Positions 39,468 to 48,400 of a stretch of 64,000 nt of DNA are shown piece by piece. Each line of letters begins with the position of its first letter. Position 1 is the first letter of the stretch. The stretch is taken from positions 31,187-95,186 of the forward strand of contig CAZLTL010000006.1 of the NCBI GenBank assembly GCA_964562525.1, read 5' to 3'. The notes beneath the pieces are model-generated. The model searched no databases. It saw only the letters and a list, made by a program, of their open reading frames with translations, and was not told the origin of the DNA. The DNA comes from an uncultured bacterium. GTDB taxonomy: Bacteria; Omnitrophota; Omnitrophia; Omnitrophales; Aquincolibacteriaceae. The position numbers and the translations under genes are program-made.

Positions 39468-41564
39468 ATGAGTGATTTGCTTAAGAACTTAAATCCGGCT
39501 CAGTTTGAGGCCGTGACTTGGCCTAAAGACAAACCGCTTTTGATTGTCGCCGGCGCCGGCAGCGGCAAAACCCGTATTTTGACTCATCGCATTGCTTGGC
39601 TTATCCAACAGGGGGTTCCGGCTTACAGTATTTTGGGTGTTACTTTTACCAATAAAGCTGCCAAAGAAATGCAAAGCCGCATTGAACGGCTCGTTTCCCA
39701 ACGGGTTTGGATCAGCACTTTCCACAGTACTTGCCTTAAAATTTTACGTATGGATGGTGCGGCTATTGGAATAGACCCACTCTTTACGATTTTGGATGAA
39801 CAAGATCAGCTTTCGAATATCAAGGAATGTCTGGCAGCTTTGCAAATGAATGAAAAGCAAGTTCATCCCAAAGCCGTGCGCGAGCGCATTCAGCGTGCTA
39901 AAGATTATGTGATTGGTCCGGCGCAATATCGTGCGGATGCCCAAGAGTATTTTGAAGAGCAAGTTGCCAAAGTCTACGCGCTGTATGAGCAACGCCTTGA
40001 AAAACAAAAAGCACTCGATTTTGGTGATTTGATTATGCGTACGGTGCTTTTGTTTCAGCAGGCACCGCAAGTTTTGGAAGCATGGCGTTCCCGTTTCCGC
40101 ACGGTGTTGATTGATGAGTATCAGGACACGAACCATGCGCAGTATAAGCTGATTCACTTGATCGCTTCGGCAACCAATCAAATTACTGCGGTGGGTGACC
40201 CGGATCAATCGATTTACTCTTGGCGAGGGGCGGATATTCAAAATATTTTACGATTTGAACATGATTATCCGGGCGCGGGTCATATCCGCATGGAACAAAA
40301 TTATCGCTCGAGCCCCGTTATTTTGGATTCGGCGAACACTTTGATTCGAAACAATGTGAATCGTAAGCCGAAAGAACTTTGGACGGAGCGGAAAGATAAT
40401 GATCCGATTGAAGTTTATCAGGCATCGGATGAAATGGATGAGGCGCAGTTTGTCGCGGGAAGGGTACAAGCTTATCGCCGTGAGGGAATTGAGCTTGCGC
40501 ATCAGGTTATTTTCTATCGTACGCATGCCCAGTCGCGTGCGATTGAAGACGTGCTGATGAAAATGAATATTCCGTACAAGATTGTGGGCGGTGTACGTTT
40601 TTATGACCGTAAAGAAATCAAAGATATTGTGGCTTATCTCAAAGTGATTGCGAATGCCGCCGATGAAACGAGTCTTAAACGCATTATCAATGTGCCCGCG
40701 CGCGGCATTAGCAAAAAAACCGTCGAAGAAATTGAAGAGTTGGCTCGTATTTCGAATGTGAGTTGGGATGCCGCTTTGCGCCGAGTGAATTCGATTCCGG
40801 ATTTAATGCCTAAAGCTAAAAAAGCTGTAACGAGTTTGGTTTATTGGCTTGATAGCATGCGCTCGAAGCATCAGCTGATCACCTTACGAGCTTTGGTTGA
40901 AAAGATGTTGCAGGACACGGGCTACTTATCCGCTCTGGAAGCCGAAAAAACGTCCGAGTCTTTGGCTCGCATTGAAAATATCGAAGAATTTTTTAGTGTT
41001 ATTGACCACTTTGAAGAATCTTACATCGCATCCGGCGGTGCTTCCGAGCTTGATAAGAATATGCCGATGAATAATCCTGCTGAACAAAAAGAACTGTTGC
41101 CGCCTCCTTCCAAGCTGCACGCTTTTTTGGAACAAATTTCTTTGGTGACGGATTTAGACAAATGGGAAGCCGGCACCAATGCCTTAACTATGATGACTTT
41201 GCATACCGCGAAAGGTTTGGAGTTTCCGGTGGTGTATATGGTTGGTTTGGAAGAGGGGATTTTTCCGCATAATAATTCGATGGGTGCTGACACCGAAGAA
41301 CTCGAAGAAGAACGCCGTCTTTGCTATGTCGGCATGACGCGCGCGGAGAAAAAACTGCATTTGTCATTTGCGAATTGCCGCCGTCTGTTTGGTTCGATTC
41401 AGCACAATTTGCCTTCCCGCTTTCTAACAGAAATTCCAACCGAGCATATTCATTCCGCATCCGGTATGCGTTCCACTTACGGCTCTAAATCATCCTCTTT
41501 TCGCGATGAACTTGTCGCCGAAGATATTTTCGACGATCTCCAAATTCCCGACTTCGACAACTAA
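39468..41564 (+). CDS. pcrA: ATP-dependent DNA helicase, UvrD/PcrA family
   Basis: Motifs AGAGSGKTR, TFTNKAA, DEYQDTN, GDPDQSIYSWRGA, QNYRS, VGMTRAEKKL. I prefer the ATG at 39468 over the TTG at 39444, which overlaps the upstream gene. Confidence 0.93.
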   Translation: MSDLLKNLNPAQFEAVTWPKDKPLLIVAGAGSGKTRILTHRIAWLIQQGVPAYSILGVTFTNKAAKEMQSRIERLVSQRVWISTFHSTCLKILRMDGAAIGIDPLFTILDEQDQLSNIKECLAALQMNEKQVHPKAVRERIQRAKDYVIGPAQYRADAQEYFEEQVAKVYALYEQRLEKQKALDFGDLIMRTVLLFQQAPQVLEAWRSRFRTVLIDEYQDTNHAQYKLIHLIASATNQITAVGDPDQSIYSWRGADIQNILRFEHDYPGAGHIRMEQNYRSSPVILDSANTLIRNNVNRKPKELWTERKDNDPIEVYQASDEMDEAQFVAGRVQAYRREGIELAHQVIFYRTHAQSRAIEDVLMKMNIPYKIVGGVRFYDRKEIKDIVAYLKVIANAADETSLKRIINVPARGISKKTVEEIEELARISNVSWDAALRRVNSIPDLMPKAKKAVTSLVYWLDSMRSKHQLITLRALVEKMLQDTGYLSALEAEKTSESLARIENIEEFFSVIDHFEESYIASGGASELDKNMPMNNPAEQKELLPPPSKLHAFLEQISLVTDLDKWEAGTNALTMMTLHTAKGLEFPVVYMVGLEEGIFPHNNSMGADTEELEEERRLCYVGMTRAEKKLHLSFANCRRLFGSIQHNLPSRFLTEIPTEHIHSASGMRSTYGSKSSSFRDELVAEDIFDDLQIPDFDN

Positions 41565-41846
41565 CCACACTTGGCTACGGGTGGTGGGACCAATTTAATT
41601 CTGCATTAGTTTATTTATTTTTACCCGGAATTGGTTTAAATAATAAATATATTATTTAAATGCATATCTCTTCCTCAGAATGCCTTCGATCTTCGCAATC
41701 ATGTACGCAAAAAATACTCCTGACCTGATTTGTAAGATCGAGACTGTCTTTATATAGCAAAAACTATCATTTATGACTTTAAAATTGCTTTAAAAAACTT
41801 TAATGTTAAATTTATTTTAGGTGAGGAGTGTATAGAGAAAAAAACT

Positions 41847-44800
41847 ATGAGATCAGTTAAGCACAAAAGTAAACGGTGGGTAGCGCTTGGAGCGTGTATT
41901 TGCTTTGTTGCCACGCTCTTTCCCGACGCTCATGCCGCGCTGCCTTCGATTGACATGGCGGTTAAGGCCGAAACTCCTCGTGTTCTTAATATTGACATTC
42001 CCACTGAATTAGCCACAGTCGATGAGTGGTATCAGGCTCCTTCAAAATCCAAGCCGAAACTGATTGTGCATATTCAGGATGCTCACGCGAATTATGAAGC
42101 TCAAACCAAGATTCGTGATGTGATTAAGTATCTCAATACGAATTACGGTTTTAAAACAATTCTCGTTGAAGGCGCGGCAAGTGAGCTGGACCCGAATATT
42201 CTTAAGCTTTTTCCGGATCAAGACCGCAATTTAAAACTTGTCGACGAGCTTGCCAAAATCGGTGAGGTCACCGGCGCGGAAATGTTTTTGGTTGAAAACA
42301 GTGATGCCGCAAAAGGGATGGGGATTGAGAAGCCGGAGCTTTATCGCAAGAATTTTGACGCGCTTCAAAAAGTTTATTCCGAAGATGAGTTTGTCAGCGG
42401 ATTTTTCGAAGCTTATGAAAAAAAATTAGGACAAATTTCATCGCGAAGTTTTGGCCCGCGCATGATCCAAGCTTTGGCCGAATGGCGTAAATTTGAGAGC
42501 GGGCATCGTGATTTTTTACCATTTGTATCTAAGCTGGCGGAGCTTTCCAAGAAAGTTTTAGAGATGGATCTCGGTGTTCTTTACTCGCAGATTGAGTGGC
42601 CGCAATTAACACGTTTGTTGGTTCTGCAGCGTGTTGAAAAAGAATTAGAGCAGACTCATGACAGACGACCAACGACTGACGTCGAAGAAGGTGCTCAGCG
42701 TTCAGCCCTTAGTGTCAAACAACAAGCGGAACTGGAAAAACAGAACATCATCGATTTGATGAAAGTTGCTCAGTCGCCGGAAGGATTGATTCGAGGACTG
42801 GAGAACTTTAATGAGAAATCAGCTAATCTCAACCGCATTGGATCTTCCGAAGTTCGCCAGGCAAGTGCGCCGCGCGCTTTGATGGAGGCGTTGGTGGAAG
42901 AGGGTGCTAAGTTCGGTTTGAACATTCGCGATTATCCTGCTTTTGCCAAATACGCTGGCTATTTGATTCTTCGCGGCGAAATTGTGCCCGCAGAGTTATT
43001 TGAAGAAATTAAAAAGCTATTTGACCTCATTCTTGAATCTCTCGTGAAAGAAGCACCTTCTGCAGCAATGGAGTCAACGGATGATTTAGCCGCTCGCAAA
43101 CGTCTGCTTTTACTGCATCGTGATGAAATGCTGGCGCGCAAACTCCTTAAGCTTGAATTAACCCACGACGAGTGGCTGGCGGTGCTGAATAGACAAGATC
43201 GCTTTTATCCTGATGATTTGAATCGCCGTATGCTTGAACAACTGGGACAAAATACCCGAGTTAAAGAAACCGGCGGGGAAGAAGCCTCGCAAATGAAAAA
43301 ACTCAATGAAGCCTTTCGTGCCGCATTCACTTTCTATTCCGCTGCGGTGAATCGTGACACTTTCTTCTTTCAGCGTACGCAAGAAGTTTTAGCGCAAACC
43401 GACAAAGCCATTTTGATTACCGGAGGTTTTCACGCGGAGGGAATGAAGTATTTCTTTAGAAAATATGACATCAATTACGGAACTCTCACTCCACGCATTA
43501 CCCAAGAGTTCACCAACGAACAATACCGTAAGGTGATGATGACCGGCGTCGAGAAAAACAAAGCGGAGATTACGCAGCAGCTACAGGAAGGATCTTCAGC
43601 GGTGGAGGAGAGCGACACTCCAAAGTCTAAAAAAGCTGCGAAAGAAAACTATCTTGGTGCGGAAAGTCTTATTGATCCTCTAAGTGATGGTTTAGTTGGT
43701 GGGACAAGATCTGAAGTGCGGAGAAATATAGTTCAAATGTTAGCGGTTTCATTGGGCTTACCGAAAATTCAACAAGAAACCTCTTTAGCTGCGCCCGCGC
43801 AGGTGGCCGTTTCACGTCAGCCGAGATCGATCGCAGTACGATTCGAAAGTGTTTCTGCTCCTCAGGGCTTTTTATCTGTCCTAGAGGGGCAGCGAGCTTT
43901 AATTGGTGCGGGTATTGGGATTTTTGGTCTGGTTGCAGCGTATTTAGCCGCGTTATCCTCTCCAATTTTGTTGATTCTGGCGATTCCTTTTACTGCCAGT
44001 GGAATGATTTATGGATTCGATCAATATTTTAAAGCGCAATATTTGATTTCGAATGCCACCAAAGCCGGAAGTGTTGAATTAACCGATAGGCTTGCTACTT
44101 CTAGTCAAACAGAGGTTCCAGTTGTTGTGCAGCGAACGGAGGTTGCGCAAGTGGATGCGGAGCCGCTCACTTTCACTTCTGTTTTAACAGAGTTGGAAGT
44201 TGAAAGAGCGAAGTCTGAGCCAGATGCAGCGCGTTTGGCTGATTTGGTTGCCCAGTTGGTTGATTTAGCCGGTGACATTGAAGAGGCTAAACAAGCTCAG
44301 AATGTACTACGAGATTTAAGAGTTAAATACAAGAATCAGTTGAATCCGTCGCAATCAACCAACCTGATCATGAAAGTAGCACAACTCGCTGTGAAGTTGA
44401 ATCAATTCCAACAAGCTCAAAAATTATATGAGAGGGAGGAGATTGTTGTAACAGCGAAAGCTCCGCGCGAAGCTATTTTTGCAGCTCTTTCTCCGGAGGA
44501 CAGAGGGATTTTAAAGAGGATGGCGTTTGATGATTTAGAGAATCAAATTATTGACGCAAAAGACTTGTCCGCATCGCAAGCTGTGGCTATTTTGATTACT
44601 TACGGATTTATTTCCGATAAGGACCGCAATGCCGCCAAAAACTTAGCGATATTGGCTTCACTGGCTGTCACCAAGATTGCGCCTCAAAGGGTTTCGGAAT
44701 TGGCGGAAATGGTACGAGCCTTTTTCCCGGAAATGGTCTCATCGGACTTGGGTTATTTAGGCCGAATTATTGATGCGAATGGCATCGGAAACAAGTTAGA

Positions 44801-45272
44801 TACGATGCGGATGCAAGCTGTTTTAAATCCAAAAATGGAATTTGAAGTTGTTGTGTTTGGAGAGCGCGGCCCGATGGTTGAAGATAAGGCTCTTTCTAAT
44901 TTGCGTATTCGTTATGCCAAAGATTTTAATTCAGCTGCTAGTTTAGTTACCAGCAAAGGCGCTATGGAGAAATTTAAAATAGGCACCAAAGTATTGATGG
45001 TTGTGCCGGAAGGTAAAGATTTTAGAAAACTAGCTTCTCAGCTCAACTTGCAAATTGTTCAGGAAGAAAATAACCATGAGAAAAATTTAGAGGCGAGTGT
45101 TGCTATGGTTGTTGGAGCTCAGAATCTTGCCAGAAATGTTGAGGCATCCGTTGATGAGGACGGTATTGAAAAAGCAGGCAAGAACTGGCGCATTACAAAG
45201 CCCTCTTTATCAAGGCTAAAGGATATTTGGCAAAGGTTTCAAGCTGCTTTGCAGGTTATGCAATCAGCGTAA
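41847..45272 (+). CDS. Modular protein B (1,141 aa): head module, RSEVR, TM hairpin, tail module (cargo-less family member)
   Basis: Signal peptide (...FPDAHA/ALP). The head aligns closely with ORF C (HIQDAHANYEAQTKIRDVIKYLNTNYGFKTILVEGA; EWRKFESGHRDFLPFV; LLVLQRVEKEL; AILITGGFHAEGM). The tail ends ...ALQVMQSA*. Confidence 0.85.
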   Translation: MRSVKHKSKRWVALGACICFVATLFPDAHAALPSIDMAVKAETPRVLNIDIPTELATVDEWYQAPSKSKPKLIVHIQDAHANYEAQTKIRDVIKYLNTNYGFKTILVEGAASELDPNILKLFPDQDRNLKLVDELAKIGEVTGAEMFLVENSDAAKGMGIEKPELYRKNFDALQKVYSEDEFVSGFFEAYEKKLGQISSRSFGPRMIQALAEWRKFESGHRDFLPFVSKLAELSKKVLEMDLGVLYSQIEWPQLTRLLVLQRVEKELEQTHDRRPTTDVEEGAQRSALSVKQQAELEKQNIIDLMKVAQSPEGLIRGLENFNEKSANLNRIGSSEVRQASAPRALMEALVEEGAKFGLNIRDYPAFAKYAGYLILRGEIVPAELFEEIKKLFDLILESLVKEAPSAAMESTDDLAARKRLLLLHRDEMLARKLLKLELTHDEWLAVLNRQDRFYPDDLNRRMLEQLGQNTRVKETGGEEASQMKKLNEAFRAAFTFYSAAVNRDTFFFQRTQEVLAQTDKAILITGGFHAEGMKYFFRKYDINYGTLTPRITQEFTNEQYRKVMMTGVEKNKAEITQQLQEGSSAVEESDTPKSKKAAKENYLGAESLIDPLSDGLVGGTRSEVRRNIVQMLAVSLGLPKIQQETSLAAPAQVAVSRQPRSIAVRFESVSAPQGFLSVLEGQRALIGAGIGIFGLVAAYLAALSSPILLILAIPFTASGMIYGFDQYFKAQYLISNATKAGSVELTDRLATSSQTEVPVVVQRTEVAQVDAEPLTFTSVLTELEVERAKSEPDAARLADLVAQLVDLAGDIEEAKQAQNVLRDLRVKYKNQLNPSQSTNLIMKVAQLAVKLNQFQQAQKLYEREEIVVTAKAPREAIFAALSPEDRGILKRMAFDDLENQIIDAKDLSASQAVAILITYGFISDKDRNAAKNLAILASLAVTKIAPQRVSELAEMVRAFFPEMVSSDLGYLGRIIDANGIGNKLDTMRMQAVLNPKMEFEVVVFGERGPMVEDKALSNLRIRYAKDFNSAASLVTSKGAMEKFKIGTKVLMVVPEGKDFRKLASQLNLQIVQEENNHEKNLEASVAMVVGAQNLARNVEASVDEDGIEKAGKNWRITKPSLSRLKDIWQRFQAALQVMQSA
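42663..42718 (+). repeat. In-frame heptamer triplet AGACGAC CAACGAC TGACGTC plus an imperfect inverted arm
   Basis: Directly follows the codons for LLVLQRVEKEL(EQTH). Encodes DRRPTTDVEEGAQRSALSV. Confidence 0.65.
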
Positions 45273-45283
45273 TGTTGTTACCC

Positions 45284-45310
45284 CCATCCCGGATCCCGTA
45301 TCTGGGATGG
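45284..45310 (+). terminator. Stem-loop after ORF B (CCATCCCGGAT-CCCGT-ATCTGGGATGG)
   Basis: 11-bp stem with one G-U pair, 12 nt after the ORF B stop. No clear U-tract follows, so it may be an RNA-stability or processing hairpin rather than an intrinsic terminator. Confidence 0.4.
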
Positions 45311-45437
45311 AGGGAGCATTGGCGAGCAGAATATAACAGAGGGAAGCGTTTCTAATGGCTGTAGGAATGTTTGTTTGATTTACAAATTTTAATAATGTAT
45401 TGTTCTCAGAAAATTATAGAGGTTTATAAAGGTTTTA

Positions 45438-48400
45438 ATGCGTAACTCGTCCTGGCTTAAATTCACCGCTGGTGTATTTACGTTTCTTTTCGTTTTAAAC
45501 GACATTGGGCAAGCTGCGCCTGCGCTTGACTTTGCGGCGTCGTTGCGTTCAGAAATTCCGCGCGTATCCCATATTGAAATTCCACCTGAAATGGCAACTC
45601 TGGAAGATTGGTATGAATCGCCGAACGTAGGAGATACGCGGCTTATGCTTCACATTCAAGATGCTCACGCTCAGCCTGAAGCGCAAGCACGAATCCGTGA
45701 TCTCATCCACTATTTAAATAAACAGTATGGTTTTAAAACAGTTTTTGTTGAAGGTGCAGCGGAACAACTTGATGTGAAGTGGCTGCATCCATTTAAAAAT
45801 TCTGAACAAAACAAAAAGTGGATTGAAGAAAAAACATCTTCAGGCGAAATGTCGGGCGTTGATTTGGCATTGCTTGATGGCGTTGCCGGGCTCAAGGCTT
45901 TGCCAATTGAAACAATTGAAGGCTATCGGGATGGTTATCAAAAACTGCACGCGGTTTATACCGCTGAACCAGAGGTGAACGAGTTTATTAATTTTTTTGA
46001 CTCCAAGCTCGATTCAGCGGCATCCAAGATTTTGAATGAAAAAACAAGACGTATTCTTTCTGAGTGGAAAAAGTTTGAGTCTGGACATCGTGATTTTCTG
46101 CCTTTTGTTGAAAAATTAGCCGCGCTTGCGAAAGAGGATCTCAAGCTTGATTTAGACGCTCTCTACTCCCAAATCGAATGGCCACAACTGAGTCGGCTAC
46201 TTGTTCTTCAGCGAGTTGAGAAAGAACTCGCTGAAGCGGTGCCGACAGGGCAAAGGTCAAAAGTCAAAGGTCAAAGCCATAACTCAAAGCCGGTTAGCTG
46301 GAGAGAACAAGCGCTCGATGAAAAGGAAATAGTTCTCAATTTGCTAAAAGACGAACAAGCTAGCTCGGGATTGATCCATGGTCTCGAGCGGTTTGACGAG
46401 AAACATCTCAACTTAAACCGTATTACTGTCGGCGATGGAAGGCAATTTTCGAGCCCGCGCGCTTTAGTTGAGCAGTTAGTTGAAGAAACTCGCAAATTTG
46501 AGATTGATTTGCGAGATTATCTCGCTTTTTTGAAATACGCCGGATATTTGATTTTACGCGGCGAACTTCAGCCTTCTTTGCTTTTCAAGGAAATAGAGCG
46601 CCTTTTTGAGAAATTCCTCGAGAAGACTAACGACCCTTCGGCTGAGCTCAGGGCAAGCCAACGACTAACGACTAACGCCGGAGAAGATGTTCAGCGTGAA
46701 GCGCAGAGCGTTAAGCTGATCGAGATCTACCGCGATTCATTTCTTTTAAAAAAGTTGCTTAATCTTGAGCTTTCTCGCGAGGAGTGGCGAAAAGCGCTTG
46801 CGAAGCGGGAGGAGCTTGAACCGCAAAAGATTTTAGGGAGACTAAAGAATCTTGGAGCCGCGGTCCACGGTCCACGAGCCACGGCAAACGAAAAAAAGAT
46901 CACGAATCTTGAACCTCGAACTACGGAAAATCAGGACGTGGAGCGCACGTTTGAGAATGCCTTTGATTTTTATGATGCCGCGTTAGCGCGTGAAGATATT
47001 TTCTTTGAGAAAATTAGTTCGTCTTTGGCTCAAAACGATAAAGCGATTTTGATAACGGGCGGTTTTCATAGCGAAGGAATGAATGCGTTTTTTCGTGAAA
47101 AAGAAATTTCTTACGGAACCTTAACGCCGCGTATTACCAATCTTGCGCCCACTTCTTTGTACCGCAGCGCGATGATGCAAGCGACAAATTTGTCTAAAGT
47201 TTCGTCTCAGCCCACCCCAGCCTTGGCACAGCCGCTCGAGACTATTGCCGCCATGACTGCTTTGAGCGTGGTTGCAGTTCGTTCTGAAAGCCGACTTCAG
47301 ACTGAAGCTGCCGATTTTGTTCAATGGGTTGAGGATTTGAAATTAGTTCGGGATCCAAATAATGCCGCTGAAATCGAAACTGTTTTGCTTCGCCATCGAG
47401 ATCTTTTTAAGCATAGACCCGATGAATTTCCTGAAGAGTCGGTTAGCTTTCGCGGAAGAAATTTGCAGAAGATTCCTTCTCGTTTGATTCATCAGCTTGA
47501 TCTTACTTGGCTTAATGGCCGAAATTCTGATGCCAAACCGATTACAAGAAATGACTTGTTTCAGTTGGTATTTGACCGGCCTTTGGATGAAAACGAAGCT
47601 AAGGGGTTTGCCGGGTATGACAACATACAAAGTTTGCGTGATTTGTTCTATTTTTTGATTACTAAAGAGCATGGCAGAAGTTTGCAGCTTTTTGCAGAGC
47701 AGTATTTTGCTTTGGACTCCGGACAACGAGAGCTTTTTTTGGAGCAAGCATTTGATATTCATCAAATTACTCAGTATTTGATGGGGCAGATGGCTCGTAA
47801 CGATGATTATGAAGTTTCTGATGAGATTTTAACGGCTTACGCGAAAGCATGGCCAATTGTCATTCAATTTGGAGAGGCAGAGCTTCAATCGGGCGGGATA
47901 TTAAAGCGGTTAAAGACCGTTCCGGATTTGCCGGTTGACATCGATTTGCGCTCAAATCAGGATTCGGGGCAAGAAGTAATTTTAGAAGATTGGGAGCGAG
48001 CCCTTTTGCTGCTTGAGAACTATGTTGAGATCGGAGATGAGTCGATTGATACTCAAATCGGAGTGGTTTCATTGGGATTAAGGAGTTTGGCGGGGGATCA
48101 GGCAACGGAGGTTCGCTGGTCTCGTGCATCATCACTGGAACGGGCTGTGGCAGTTCGTCTGGAAGGAACTTTGCCTCTATCTCGCGAGGAAGCGAATCGA
48201 TATTTGCGATGGCTTGAAGTTGCGGATAGCGATTTGAATGGATTGGATCAAGCCAAACTTTTTGAGCCGAATCGTCTGGTCTTGATCGGCAAAATTGCCA
48301 GTTTGCGTGAACAGATAGTTGCTCGTCAGCTGCAGTCTGAATCTCGAGAGGATGAGCGTGATAGGGGAATGGCTCGATCAGAATTACGTACCGTTGAAAT

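Larger units (their letters stand above)
45438..47178 (+). other. ORF C head module (signal peptide plus TraB/TIKI/ChaN-like split domain)
   Basis: HIQDAHAQPEAQARIRDLIHYLNKQYGFKTVFVEGA ... AILITGGFHSEGM. Collinear with ORF B except for three heptamer-containing insertions. Confidence 0.5.

Noticed and set aside
41565-41846. The AT-rich 282-nt spacer before ORF B (and the 197-nt spacer before ORF A) as a possible tRNA or small-RNA locus, or as a mobile-element end.
   Set aside because: No cloverleaf-compatible GC-rich stems or T-loop (GGTTCGAATCC-like) sequence is present. There are no terminal inverted repeats or integrase/transposase genes nearby. These spacers are most simply promoter/UTR regions, and I could not define convincing -35/-10 boxes.
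46271-46284. The shared 14-mer TCAAAGCCATAACT (also at 10891-10904) and the shared 12-mer CTCAGGGCAAGC (46647-46658 versus 19768-19779), taken as stand-alone proof of a mobile element.
   Set aside because: In a 64-kb window, several 14-mer and many 12-mer coincidences are expected by chance. The 12-mer is read in different frames at its two sites. The 14-mer is used only as supporting evidence, because both copies directly follow heptamer arrays ending in TCAAAG.
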